DNA of 64,000 nucleotides from Parcubacteria bacterium C7867-008 (GTDB lineage Bacteria; Patescibacteriota; Minisyncoccia; Phycocordibacterales; Phycocordibacteraceae), in assembly GCA_001189215.1 (NCBI GenBank), contig LFCR01000002.1, positions 10,677 to 74,676 on the forward strand, given 5' to 3'. The translations under genes were made by a program, and so were the position numbers. Of the stretch, positions 40,683 through 50,932 are shown in pieces. The notes beneath the pieces are model-generated. The model was given only the letters and a program-made list of their open reading frames with translations, had not been told where the DNA came from and ran no database searches. Numbering within the stretch: the stretch's first letter is position 1; every line of letters starts with the position of its first letter.

Positions 40683-41816
40683 CTACTGTACGGTCTTGTT
40701 GAGGAATTCGTGGACTCCTAAATAGGCTATGAGGGTATCAAATGGCAGGGTCTCTAGTCGAGCAACTTCTGCATTTAGGAACTGTATAGACTGAGCAAAC
40801 GGCTTATCTAGCTCATCCGCTTCCCCTTCAAAATATCTAAATTCCTTTGCGATCTCTGCTTTAAGTCCCTCTGGTTCAATACCGTTCAATTCATCAAGAA
40901 AATGTCTTTTGCGACTCTCTGCAAATCCTGGCTGTATTTGCATGGTGCCTAACAGCTTAAGCCGATACGCTTCTTCATTATCACCAACCGTACCTAATCG
41001 GATTGCTTCAATAATATTACTGTTATCTTCAATAGCGAGCTGACGTCCACTCTTAAGAAGTTTCTCTGATCCATCGATACCAAAGTCTGCAAGATCTGCG
41101 AGTGCGAGATAGCGTGTGGTGAGTGGGGTTTCTTTGGTTAGGAGTTTCTGAGTTACTCCCTCTTCCAGACTGAAACTTGGGATGGTGACATTAATAATTT
41201 CGACATCCTGATCAGGATCAACGGTATATACCGCTTCTTTACCAGCTTTTATAAGTGCATTGTTTGCAGCTTCTTTTACTGTGGTGATGCGCGCAGCACT
41301 GCGCTTTTCACCATCTCCAGTCTTTCGCTTGCGGAGACCCTTCTCCGTACGTTCAAATACATGTTCTGCATCATGCCCAGCAGCTGCAAGAATTGCATTT
41401 GCTTTTTCTTCTGACGAAATACGCCCTGATTGAAATGTATTTGTTATCTGTATGAATCGTTCAACCCGTGCTGTTACCAACTCACTGTGTTCCCTATTAT
41501 GAAATGCGAGCTTTACGTCTTGATTTTCGGGACTACCATACTTCACTTCAACAAGATCAAGAAGAATCTCGCGAGTTACTTCTGTTATCTTCTCTCGTAG
41601 TGCGTCACCTTCAAGACCTTCCAGTGCACCTTCACCAAGAAGTGTAGCTATCTTCACATCAACTGATTCAGTTAATGCTTTACTCTCACGTTCCTGACGA
41701 TCATTAGGATCTTCTAAATAGGAAGGAATCTTTTCTGCACCTGCAGTTTCAGGTGTTGCTACTTGTTTCGCAGCTTTAGGTGTTTCGTGTATTCCGTTGA
41801 AGCCTCCTTCACTCAT
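40683..41816 (-). CDS. HD/PDEase-like metal-dependent phosphohydrolase
   Basis: FHNREH, AAAGHDAEH, E..SA, LALADL. Confidence 0.65.
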   Translation of the reverse strand: MSEGGFNGIHETPKAAKQVATPETAGAEKIPSYLEDPNDRQERESKALTESVDVKIATLLGEGALEGLEGDALREKITEVTREILLDLVEVKYGSPENQDVKLAFHNREHSELVTARVERFIQITNTFQSGRISSEEKANAILAAAGHDAEHVFERTEKGLRKRKTGDGEKRSAARITTVKEAANNALIKAGKEAVYTVDPDQDVEIINVTIPSFSLEEGVTQKLLTKETPLTTRYLALADLADFGIDGSEKLLKSGRQLAIEDNSNIIEAIRLGTVGDNEEAYRLKLLGTMQIQPGFAESRKRHFLDELNGIEPEGLKAEIAKEFRYFEGEADELDKPFAQSIQFLNAEVARLETLPFDTLIAYLGVHEFLNKTVQ

Positions 41817-41925
41817 GGCCTGATGGTATCACATTGATGCAGCCTAAAAGATAGCTGATAAATATTGACAAGCATATAATTATACGTATTATATGTTCAG
41901 GTCTTACTGTTCCAGGGGAATAGAC

Positions 41926-42075
41926 ATGGGTCGCTCGATTATGACGGTCAAAGGCTGGAAAGCCATAGTGATGGGTGCATACCATCTGGCGGAATACGCC
42001 CGCGACTACTACTTCAGCCGACACGGCGTCTGCACCGGCGTCAGTGACGAATACCTCACCGGCCGATACCGGTAA
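41926..42075 (+). CDS. small hypothetical protein (start coordinate approximate)
   Basis: TTGACA-N16-TATTAT promoter, GGGGA SD before MGRSIMT, terminator near 42088-42120. Confidence 0.45.
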   Translation: MGRSIMTVKGWKAIVMGAYHLAEYARDYYFSRHGVCTGVSDEYLTGRYR

Positions 42076-42138
42076 ACAACCACCAACAACCCACTGCGGA
42101 GTCCCACCCGCCAGTGGGTTCTCTGTTTGTATAGCGAA

Positions 42139-43353
42139 CTAAATTTCACTCGAGAGCGAGTAGATAGGAGCGATCATCGCGAGCGCGAACACACCAACGA
42201 ATGCACCAATGAAGAGCATGAGCATCGGTTCGATGATGGTTGAGAGATCCTTAGTGCGATCTTCCACATCCACTTCATAGTATTCAGCTACCTGTCCAAG
42301 CATGTCTGATACCTTACCGGTCTCCTCACCCACCGCGATCATGTCGGTAAAGAGGATGGGATAGAGCTTTGGATATGATTCAAATGTCGCCGAAAGCGGT
42401 TCACCTTTCTTTACGCGTTCTGCTGCTTCAACAAGTACGTGGCCGAATACATTGTCTCCAACCACTTCAGATGCGATCTGTATTGCGGATAGCATTTCAA
42501 CGCCAGAAGATAGGAGTGAAGAAAGCGTACGTGCAGCACGTGCACCCATAGTCTCACGGGTCAGTTCACCAATAACAGGAATACGCAGTGCAACCGTAAG
42601 CATGACCGCGCTACCTACCTTTGATTTTATGAACGACATAAACCCACCAATCACCACAACAAATCCGATGACCACTATAATCACATTCTTAACCACAAAG
42701 TCAGACATATCAATGATTACGCGTGTGGCAAGGGGCAGTTCGCTACCAAACGAGGCAAAGGTGCTTGCGAGTGTTGGTACCACGAAGATGAGCATGAGCA
42801 CACCGATGATCGCGATAGCCACGAGAATGATCGATGGATAGATCATTGCTCCCTTTACCTTCTTGGTGAGTTGCTCGGATCGATCCATCTGACGAGCCAC
42901 CACTTTAAGTGCTTCAGAGAGTTTTCCTGACTCCTCACCTGCTTTGGTCATCGCAATAAAGAGCGGTGAGAATACTTTCGGGAACTGCTGGAGTCCCTCG
43001 TGGAAAGAAAGACCTGACTTCACGGATGACTCAAGCGAAGTCGTAATCGTCTTAAGATATTTATTGTTTGACTGCCTCTCGATAACAGAGAGCGCACGTG
43101 AAAGCGTGAGGCCTGCAGAAAGCATCGCAGAAAGGTTCTTCGTGAACGTGATGCGCTGCTCATTCTTGATGCGACCATGACCAAACTGAATACTGCCGAG
43201 TGACGAAAGACCACCACTCTTTGCTTCTTCTACGGAAATAACACTCTCACCCGCTTTCTCAATGTCTTCGTATACAGCAAAACGAGTTGGCGCTTCAATA
43301 ACACGCTTAGATTGTGATCCATCGGCCTGCTTTACTACGACCTGGAATTTCAT
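42139..43353 (-). CDS. pilC: type IV pilus / T2SS platform protein (PilC/GspF)
   Basis: AGEESGKL, AMIYP, VGEETG, IIEP. Confidence 0.93.
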   Translation of the reverse strand: MKFQVVVKQADGSQSKRVIEAPTRFAVYEDIEKAGESVISVEEAKSGGLSSLGSIQFGHGRIKNEQRITFTKNLSAMLSAGLTLSRALSVIERQSNNKYLKTITTSLESSVKSGLSFHEGLQQFPKVFSPLFIAMTKAGEESGKLSEALKVVARQMDRSEQLTKKVKGAMIYPSIILVAIAIIGVLMLIFVVPTLASTFASFGSELPLATRVIIDMSDFVVKNVIIVVIGFVVVIGGFMSFIKSKVGSAVMLTVALRIPVIGELTRETMGARAARTLSSLLSSGVEMLSAIQIASEVVGDNVFGHVLVEAAERVKKGEPLSATFESYPKLYPILFTDMIAVGEETGKVSDMLGQVAEYYEVDVEDRTKDLSTIIEPMLMLFIGAFVGVFALAMIAPIYSLSSEI

Positions 43354-43380
43354 ATCGCTATCGTAGCACGCGTGTGCACG

Positions 43381-45132
43381 CTATTCAGAAATAACCCGAA
43401 GAACTTCTTCCAAAGAAGTGACACCGCGCGCTGCTTTATACAACCCATCTTCCAGCATGGTGAGCATTCCTTCCTTGCGCGCCTGTTCTTCAATCGCATC
43501 TGGTGCAGCATTGTGAATAATAAGGTCACGAATGGTTGATGAGACTGACAATACCTCATGAATACCGATACGACTCTTGTATCCATCTTCACATTCAGCA
43601 GATGCTTTAGGGCGGAAGAACGGAATCTGATCAATACTTGTTCCCTTTGCAACAAGTTTCTCGTCAATGAGAGACTGTAGTGCTGATTCAAACTTATCTT
43701 TCGTGGCAATCTTTCCACGTGCAGTTGCATCTGGCGTATAGGTTTCCTTGTCTTCGCAAAGACGTCGCACCAGACGTTGTCCCACGATCAACCGCAGTGT
43801 TGAAACAAGGAGAAACGGCTCAACACCCATATCCATAAGGCGTGGGATGGCACCGGACGCTGAGTTGGTGTGGATAGTAGAAAGTACCACGTGTCCCGTA
43901 AGTGCAGCATTGATAGCAAGTGATGCCGTCTCCTTGTCGCGAATCTCACCCACCATGATGATGTTTGGATCCTGACGAAGAAGTGCACGCAGACCGTCGG
44001 CAAATGTAAAGCCAATCGCAGGATTCACCTGCGTCTGATTCACACGCTTCATCTGATACTCGATCGGATCTTCAATCGTTGAGATGTTTACATCAGGTTG
44101 ATTGAGAATATCCAGAATCGTATACAGCGTTGTTGTCTTACCAGAACCTGTAGGACCAGATACGAGAATGATACCGGTGGTGGTTTTCATTGCTCCATGT
44201 ATGCGCTCCATGGTCTCTCCGTGGAATCCAAGAGACTCGAGACTGAACCCTTCTCCTGTCTCGCGAAGCAAACGCATAACAATCTTCTCTCCATAATAGG
44301 TTGGGAGCAGCGACACACGGAAGGAAACCTTATCTGCATCGGTCTCCATCTTGAAACGACCGTCTTGTGGAAGACGCTTCTCATCGAGCTTTAGATTAGA
44401 GAGCACTTTAATACGTGCGGTGATACCAGACGTTGCCTGTTTTGGAAGCGTCATCGCATCGTGAAGCGTCCCATCGATACGATATCTAACGAGTACCTCC
44501 ATCTCCATGGGTTCAATGTGAATATCTGACGCACCCTGTATGATCGCGTGACGGAGCAAGGTATCAACAATACGTACGATAGGCAGATCTTCTGCCATCT
44601 TCTTAAGTTCATCACCAGACTTCTCTTCACCATCTGCTTCTCGCACTAGAGTAAGTTTTCCAGCTTCAGTGGTAATGAGATCACCGAACTCCTCTTTCAA
44701 GGATTTCTGATACTGCATCAACGAATGCTTGATAGAGTCATCATCGGTAAGACGAGGAAGAATCTTAAGACCTGTCTTCTTACGTACGGAATCAATAGCA
44801 GGTAGATCCTCGGTATCGAGCATCGCCACTTCAAGTTCCTGTCCATTCCTACGGAACCCGATAATATTGTGCGTACGCGCGATTGGTTCAGGAATGAGCG
44901 TAAGTATTTCAAGCGGAATCTTTAAATCCTTGAGATTAACAAACGGAATACCAAGCACGTAAGCCTTAATACGACGGAGTGCATCTGTAGTGAGCGCACC
45001 TTGCGATACGAGAATGTCTCCGAGAGATTGTTTGCGTTGTTTCCCTTCCGCTTCTGCAGCTTCAACCTCCTGCCGTGCAACAAGGCCGGAGTCTAGAATA
45101 AATGCTTTTAGTTCGCTTTCAGCAACTTGCAT
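43381..45132 (-). CDS. pilB: type IV pilus assembly ATPase (PilB/GspE)
   Basis: ASDIHIEP, RLPQDGR, GPTGSGKTT, LRQDP..MVGEIRD. Confidence 0.95.
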   Translation of the reverse strand: MQVAESELKAFILDSGLVARQEVEAAEAEGKQRKQSLGDILVSQGALTTDALRRIKAYVLGIPFVNLKDLKIPLEILTLIPEPIARTHNIIGFRRNGQELEVAMLDTEDLPAIDSVRKKTGLKILPRLTDDDSIKHSLMQYQKSLKEEFGDLITTEAGKLTLVREADGEEKSGDELKKMAEDLPIVRIVDTLLRHAIIQGASDIHIEPMEMEVLVRYRIDGTLHDAMTLPKQATSGITARIKVLSNLKLDEKRLPQDGRFKMETDADKVSFRVSLLPTYYGEKIVMRLLRETGEGFSLESLGFHGETMERIHGAMKTTTGIILVSGPTGSGKTTTLYTILDILNQPDVNISTIEDPIEYQMKRVNQTQVNPAIGFTFADGLRALLRQDPNIIMVGEIRDKETASLAINAALTGHVVLSTIHTNSASGAIPRLMDMGVEPFLLVSTLRLIVGQRLVRRLCEDKETYTPDATARGKIATKDKFESALQSLIDEKLVAKGTSIDQIPFFRPKASAECEDGYKSRIGIHEVLSVSSTIRDLIIHNAAPDAIEEQARKEGMLTMLEDGLYKAARGVTSLEEVLRVISE

Positions 45133-45208
45133 AGAGTACGTACATAAAAGTATAGCGCGCCGCGAAACAAATCGCGGCGCGCATAGTGATGATGTCGGGA
45201 AAACACGC

Positions 45209-45814
45209 TTACCCGAACAGCGGGCTCAGCCGCGCACTAAGTTCTTGTCTCATGAGTCCCGGCATATCACTCGTGTACGGCACTGGTCTGCAGAGATCAC
45301 AATGGATACTCAAGATCGCACCGCCGATTGACGGTGAGACCGTGGCAAACTCTTCAAGCACACGCACCGCTTCGGCGATACGCTCGTTGACCAGATTCAT
45401 GACCGCTTCACTTCCTGCGTACGCGCAACTGAGTTGCGAACGCAGGATATTCAGTCGTGCAGATTCGTAGTCTATGCTGAGGATACTGATGATGGTCTCC
45501 GAGGGAGACAGCTGCGACGCATCAAGTGACCGGGCCACACTGTCATATTCCAGAAGGTCATCCTTTGAAATGACCACAAAAACCTCTTCCTTGCCCCCGA
45601 AGGAGTTAAAAACGGCACCTGTAGACATCCCACAGGTGGCGACCACATCCCGAATAGTGGTCCCCTCATAGGGTCGTTCGGAGAAGAGCTTCCGGGCAGC
45701 GCTGAGCACTTTGTTACGCGTTTCGCGTTTGGCATCTGCTCTGGTGACGCCCGGAGACAACTTCTGATTAGCCATTTGACAAATTCCCTGTTTCTGTTGA
45801 TCTGGGGAAACCAT
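45209..45814 (-). CDS. TetR family transcriptional regulator (alternative start 45775)
   Basis: AARKLFSERPYEGTTIRDV...GMSTGAVFNSFGGKEEVF HTH; AGGAG SD. Confidence 0.88.
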   Translation of the reverse strand: MVSPDQQKQGICQMANQKLSPGVTRADAKRETRNKVLSAARKLFSERPYEGTTIRDVVATCGMSTGAVFNSFGGKEEVFVVISKDDLLEYDSVARSLDASQLSPSETIISILSIDYESARLNILRSQLSCAYAGSEAVMNLVNERIAEAVRVLEEFATVSPSIGGAILSIHCDLCRPVPYTSDMPGLMRQELSARLSPLFG

Positions 45815-45829
45815 ACCCTTTCTCCTTTA

Positions 45830-45857
45830 TTGACGCAATACCTATATATGGTATGTT
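45830..45857 (+). promoter_or_regulatory. promoter for nusA-ppa
   Basis: TTGACG-N16-TATGTT with TG extension. Confidence 0.55.
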
Positions 45858-45957
45858 ATGGGTATCTGGAATGTCCGCTCTTGCGGGCCTTTCTTTTTAG
45901 AAATCCGTGCGTGTGCGAAAATCATATTTATAGGGCGTACAACTAAATAACGAAGGT

Positions 45958-47406
45958 ATGTTGGATCTAAAAACAATCAACTCTGTGTTCGGGGAATTTG
46001 AAGATCGTGGAATCACCCGCGAGATCATGATGGAAGCTATCGAAAGTGCAATGGCTACCGCATATAAGAAGGAGTACGGAAAGCGTGGTCAAGTTATCCG
46101 CGCCATGGTGGATATGAATAGTGGCACCGTTGGCTTTGAGCAGATAAAGACTATTGTGGACGATTCACTCGTTCGCTTCCCTGACGAAGACGAACTCGCT
46201 GCTGAAGAACAAGCACCTATCCGTCAGTACTTCCCTCACGAAGGTGAAGAGGTCGTACCAGAAGGTGAACTTCCTCGCTACGATGCCGAGAAGCACATGC
46301 TTCTGGAGGATGCGAAGCGTATTAAGCGCGATGCTGAGCTCGGTGGAGAGATTGTGTTCCCTCTTGAGCCACAGGACGACTTCGGTCGCATTGCGGCACA
46401 AACGGCAAAGCAGGTGGTAATCCAGAAGATTCGCGAAGCAGAGAAGAAATCTCAGCTTGAGGAGTTTGAGCACAAGAAGGGTGAGGTAGTTACTGGTATC
46501 GTGCAGCGCGTAGAGCGTGGCGCGATCTTTATCGACCTTGGTCGTGCAACCGGTATCATCCCCTACGAGGAGCAAATTCCTGGTGAGCGCTACCGTTCTG
46601 GTGAGCGAATCTCCGCATACCTCTATAACGTTGATGAGGGATTCCGTGGCGTATACCTCCGTCTCTCTCGTTCACATCCTAAGTTCATCATTAAACTCTT
46701 CGAAATGGAGGTACCTGAGCTCGCGTCAGGAGCTCTTGAAGTAAAGGGTATTGCTCGTGAGGCAGGTAGCCGAACGAAGATTGCAATCGCGTCTGTTGAT
46801 CCGCACGTTGATCCTGTTGGCTCACTCGTTGGTCAGCGTGGTGTTCGTGTCTCAACCGTTATGGGTGCTATCGGTGGTGAGCGCATCGACATCATTGAAT
46901 GGTCTGAGGATCAGGCAGCATACATTAAGGAGTCTCTATCACCCGCTACTGTTATGGAAGTGGAGCTTGATGAGGCAGGTCATCGTGCAGCTGTTACTGT
47001 TTCTGATGATCAGCAGTCTCTCGCAATCGGCCGCGGCGGACAAAATGTTCGTCTTGCTGCGAAGCTCACTGGTTGGAACATTGATATCGCCTCAACAGGT
47101 GGCGACAATGTAGTCGAAGCAGACACTAATGAAGGCGCATCCGTAGAACGTGTCGAGAACGGTGAAGAAGCTATTGTTGAGGCTGAAGCAGCACTCGAAG
47201 AAGCTGAGGAAGCATTCGAGAATGATCCTGCCAAGGAGGCTGGCGTTGATGCTGGTGAGACTGAATCAGTTATTACTGGTGATGAAGACACTTCAGAAAC
47301 AACGCTTCCTATGGAAGAAGAGGTTGCTCTCACAGACAACGCTTCTCTTTCAGATGAGCTTGAGGCTCGTGACGAAAGCACCGAAACCCTAAAAGATAAC
47401 GCGTAA
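45958..47406 (+). CDS. nusA: transcription factor NusA with acidic C-terminal tail
   Basis: FGRIAAQTAKQV, AREAGSRTK, SLAIGRGGQNVRLAAKLTGW. Confidence 0.97.
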   Translation: MLDLKTINSVFGEFEDRGITREIMMEAIESAMATAYKKEYGKRGQVIRAMVDMNSGTVGFEQIKTIVDDSLVRFPDEDELAAEEQAPIRQYFPHEGEEVVPEGELPRYDAEKHMLLEDAKRIKRDAELGGEIVFPLEPQDDFGRIAAQTAKQVVIQKIREAEKKSQLEEFEHKKGEVVTGIVQRVERGAIFIDLGRATGIIPYEEQIPGERYRSGERISAYLYNVDEGFRGVYLRLSRSHPKFIIKLFEMEVPELASGALEVKGIAREAGSRTKIAIASVDPHVDPVGSLVGQRGVRVSTVMGAIGGERIDIIEWSEDQAAYIKESLSPATVMEVELDEAGHRAAVTVSDDQQSLAIGRGGQNVRLAAKLTGWNIDIASTGGDNVVEADTNEGASVERVENGEEAIVEAEAALEEAEEAFENDPAKEAGVDAGETESVITGDEDTSETTLPMEEEVALTDNASLSDELEARDESTETLKDNA

Positions 47407-47411
47407 CGCAC

Positions 47412-47930
47412 ATGAATCTTCTTCACGACATTCCTGCAGGTTCGAAGGATGAAATGAACGTCATCATTGAGATCAACAAGGGTTCGAAGAATAAGTATGA
47501 AATAGATAAGGAGACCGGTATCATCGCGCTTGATCGCGTGATGCATTCTGCACAAGACTATCCATTCGACTACGGCTTTGTACCGCAGACACTTTGGGAT
47601 GATGGTGATGCACTTGATGTGGTACTTCTCACGACCTATCCTCTCTTCCCTGGCCTACTCGTAACCGCCCGTCCTGTTGGCATCATGCACATGATTGATG
47701 GTGGTGAGGCAGATGAGAAGGTTATCGCTGTTCCGGTAGGTGATCCGCGCTTTGCAGACGTAAAAGATCTTGCAGACGTAAACGCGCACACCCTTAAGGA
47801 AATTGCGCACTTCTTCGCTACCTATAAGCAACTTCAGAAAAAGGAGGTGCAGGTTGGTGAGTTTGAAGGCGCAGATGTTGCGAAAGCAGCGTTTGAACGA
47901 GCACAGCAGCTCTACACAGAGAAGAAATAA
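47412..47930 (+). CDS. ppa: inorganic pyrophosphatase
   Basis: KYEID, YGFVPQT, DGDALD, DEK. Confidence 0.96.
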   Translation: MNLLHDIPAGSKDEMNVIIEINKGSKNKYEIDKETGIIALDRVMHSAQDYPFDYGFVPQTLWDDGDALDVVLLTTYPLFPGLLVTARPVGIMHMIDGGEADEKVIAVPVGDPRFADVKDLADVNAHTLKEIAHFFATYKQLQKKEVQVGEFEGADVAKAAFERAQQLYTEKK

Positions 47931-47990
47931 ACTCAATTCATTTTGGGTTATGGAATGATGCCCCTATACTTAGGGGCATCATTCTTATAT

Positions 47991-48221
47991 ATGGAAGACA
48001 CCACAAACCCAACCCCTGTTACTATCGAAGCTCCCGTAATGCCCGCGGCAAGTACTGCAGCAGCAGCTCCTGAAATGAAAAAGACAAACAAGTCGTGGGG
48101 AGCACTTATTGTGATCTTCCTTATTCTTGCTGTTGTAGTGATCGGTGCCTTCTACGCATGGGGCGAACGTGTTGCGCAACAAGCAGACGCACTACCGGTT
48201 CCAACCGAAACAGTTAACTAG
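47991..48221 (+). CDS. small single-pass membrane protein
   Basis: GALIVIFLILAVVVIGAFYAW helix. Confidence 0.65.
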   Translation: MEDTTNPTPVTIEAPVMPAASTAAAAPEMKKTNKSWGALIVIFLILAVVVIGAFYAWGERVAQQADALPVPTETVN

Positions 48222-48861
48222 AGCGTCTTCGGAAACGAACACAAATCTTGTTTGCAAGAACAATTACAACACCAAACACCAAGAAGAACGGCACGAATGC
48301 TGCACACGCGTGCAGCATTCGTTCGTAACTACCAAGACGTACGGGATCAAGAAAGAAGTACGGATACGTACCGGTATACAGTCCAAGAATCTGTACTACT
48401 GCTGCATATACCGCGGTGAGCATGATCCAGTACAAGATTGAGAACCATCGCACGTTGTTTTTGGGCGGGAAGACTATCCAATCAATCGCTACGACAATGG
48501 GAATAATTTGATGGAATAACATGTTTGCCCAAGGAAGTGCATATGCAATGTGATCCATGGCGCCAGGACCACGCAGAAAGAAGGTGTACGTAACACCCGT
48601 AGCAACAATACAGAACACACTGAAGCCACGAACCCATTCAAATCGTTTTGAGAATGCTCCGTTACGAACAGTTGCAAACGCCTCAGCACTCAACACGAGT
48701 GCGACCAATATGTTACTGAGAATTGTGAAGTAGCTAAAGAAGAGGCCAACGTATTGCGTGGTGAATCCCCCAACACTAGCGCCATAGGTAAACTGCGCAA
48801 CAAGTGCAACCGTTATAAGAGTGGCGAATAGAAACTGATAGATACTACGGAATTTGATCAT
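48214..48861 (-). CDS. Pr6Pr-family integral membrane protein
   Basis: FFSYFTILSN, LFH.IIP..DW, YPYFFLD. Confidence 0.8.
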   Translation of the reverse strand: MIKFRSIYQFLFATLITVALVAQFTYGASVGGFTTQYVGLFFSYFTILSNILVALVLSAEAFATVRNGAFSKRFEWVRGFSVFCIVATGVTYTFFLRGPGAMDHIAYALPWANMLFHQIIPIVVAIDWIVFPPKNNVRWFSILYWIMLTAVYAAVVQILGLYTGTYPYFFLDPVRLGSYERMLHACAAFVPFFLVFGVVIVLANKICVRFRRRSS

Positions 48862-48944
48862 GCATTGGGTAGTATACCGGAGCTAATAAGTTCAGCTATA
48901 CTTAGCGGCACGGAGTTCATCCGCTTACCTTCTTACCTTCATCC

Positions 48945-49736
48945 ATGAAATCATCCATATCTATAGGAGTTATTGCAGCGCTTGCATTAGCTGTTACTTC
49001 AACACCAGTCGCACACGCAATAGTTACCAATTACCAAGTGAACGTTGATGTCCCAGGGGTATCCGTTAAAACCGTAAATGGCACCGCAACCGTAAAGGTG
49101 GATGGTGTTGGTACAGTAAATGGAAACGGCACGGTGGACATTAATACCGGAGACATGATGGTGAGCACCAGTGACGCCATGGTGAACGTACAGACGCCTG
49201 GTCTCGTTGTTAAGACCACAGGAGGAGCTGATGTGAATCTTGGGTATGGGGGACAGACTCTCAGTACCGTAGTAGAGAGTGGCGTTGATGCTTCAAGTGC
49301 AAAGACTATCGCATCTCTTGAGGGAAATGCTGCCACATACATCAAGACACAAGAAGATGTTGATGCATATGGAAAGATTGTCGTTGAAAGCACTCCTCAA
49401 GTGCAGAATGTTGAAGCACGAGCCAGTGGTGTGAATGTTAGCTACGCACAGAAAGGAAAACTTTTCGGGTTCATTCCTGTAACCATGAATGCGCATGTGA
49501 GTGTTGATGCGTCTGGAAATGTCTCGGTGAAACTTCCTTGGTACCACGTACTTGTTATGAGTGAGGGCGATACTATCGCAACTTCTGTAGAGACCCGTAT
49601 TGCAGCAGCGAAGTCTACCGAAGAGGTAACCGTAACAGGTGAAGCTGAACTAAATCCAGTGGAACAGGCTCGTATTACGCACTATGTAACCGAGGTACTC
49701 ATAAGTGACGGTTCAGTTGAAATAAACGTTAAATAG
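48945..49736 (+). CDS. secreted hypothetical protein
   Basis: Signal peptide; beta-rich; KLFGFIPV...VKLPWY. Confidence 0.75.
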   Translation: MKSSISIGVIAALALAVTSTPVAHAIVTNYQVNVDVPGVSVKTVNGTATVKVDGVGTVNGNGTVDINTGDMMVSTSDAMVNVQTPGLVVKTTGGADVNLGYGGQTLSTVVESGVDASSAKTIASLEGNAATYIKTQEDVDAYGKIVVESTPQVQNVEARASGVNVSYAQKGKLFGFIPVTMNAHVSVDASGNVSVKLPWYHVLVMSEGDTIATSVETRIAAAKSTEEVTVTGEAELNPVEQARITHYVTEVLISDGSVEINVK

Positions 49737-49749
49737 CCACGTTGGTTCG

Positions 49750-49786
49750 AAAGAAGGACTCCTGCATGCAGGAGTCCTTCTTTTTT
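49750..49786 (+). terminator. intrinsic terminator
   Basis: AAGAAGGACTCCTGCATGCAGGAGTCCTTCTT palindrome then T tract. Confidence 0.75.
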
Positions 49787-49802
49787 GGTACCATTCCTTA
49801 TT

Positions 49803-50414
49803 ATGGCTACCAAAACATCATCTTCCCCGTCTTCGATGCTCGTTCCTATGGTGCTCGAGAAATCACAGTTCGGTGAGCGTGCATACGATATATACTCTCG
49901 CCTTCTCCGCGACCGTATCATCTTCCTTGGCGGCCCTATCGATGATGATGTAGCAAACCTCATCATTTCTCAGCTTCTCTTCCTTGAGACAGAAGACCCT
50001 AAGCGTGATATCTGGCTCTACGTGAACTCACCGGGTGGTCACGTGCACTCTGGTCTCGCTATTGTTGACGCAATGAACCATGTAAAACCAGATGTCGCTA
50101 CCGTTGCTATCGGTATGGCAGCCTCTATGGGTTCTATCATTCTCGCCTCAGGTGCTAAAGGAAAGCGTTTCGCTCTTCCAAACGCAGACATCATGATCCA
50201 TCAGCCACACGGTGGTGCAGAAGGACAGGCTGCTGATATTGAGATTAGCGCGCGTCGTATTCTCTCTCTGCGTGAACGTCTCAACAAAATCCTTGCCAAA
50301 ACAACCGGTCAACCACTTGAGAAGATAACGCGTGATGTTGATCGTGACTTCTATCTTTCAGCTGATGAAGCGAAGAAGTACGGCATCGTAGATCAGGTGT
50401 ACAAGACTAAGTAG
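49803..50414 (+). CDS. clpP: ATP-dependent Clp protease proteolytic subunit
   Basis: [26 protein letters not shown]. Confidence 0.97.
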   Translation: MATKTSSSPSSMLVPMVLEKSQFGERAYDIYSRLLRDRIIFLGGPIDDDVANLIISQLLFLETEDPKRDIWLYVNSPGGHVHSGLAIVDAMNHVKPDVATVAIGMAASMGSIILASGAKGKRFALPNADIMIHQPHGGAEGQAADIEISARRILSLRERLNKILAKTTGQPLEKITRDVDRDFYLSADEAKKYGIVDQVYKTK

Positions 50415-50416
50415 GT

Positions 50417-50857
50417 ATGATCCATCTAGAGCGGCCAGCAGACTTCAACCCTAGGTTTGAAGTAGTGAGCTGCGTTCTAGAACATAATGGTTCGTTCCTG
50501 TTACTCCACCGCCACGCACACAAACCCCAAGGCAATACCTGGGGTCTTCCGGGAGGTAAAGCGGAACCTGAAGAAGACATCCAGACCGCTATTGCACGAG
50601 AAGTATTCGAAGAGACGGGATACGTTGCTTCACCAGAGGTCTTTATCCATTCCCATGAACTCCTCGTAACGCATGATGGATACGATTTCGTGTATCACGT
50701 CTTTGGTCATACCCTGTCGAACCCGTATGAAGTACAAGTAGAGGAGGCTGCACACCAAGGGTATCGTTGGGTATCGCTTGAAGAAGCATTGGAACTCCCT
50801 CTCATGCCAGATGAAGACCAAAGTATCCTACAGTTTTACCGAACCCGTGAAGCGTAG
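50417..50857 (+). CDS. NUDIX hydrolase
   Basis: Nudix box GKAEPEEDIQTAIAREVFEETG. Confidence 0.93.
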   Translation: MIHLERPADFNPRFEVVSCVLEHNGSFLLLHRHAHKPQGNTWGLPGGKAEPEEDIQTAIAREVFEETGYVASPEVFIHSHELLVTHDGYDFVYHVFGHTLSNPYEVQVEEAAHQGYRWVSLEEALELPLMPDEDQSILQFYRTREA

Positions 50858-50932
50858 TAAGGTGCACCTGTTCCCTCTTATTTGATCCCTAACCCTTTGT
50901 AGACCTATTGGGCACGACCTACGAAGGACTGA

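Noticed and set aside
47100-47406. Long acidic NusA tail
   Set aside because: Low-complexity extensions on NusA and r-proteins are common in CPR
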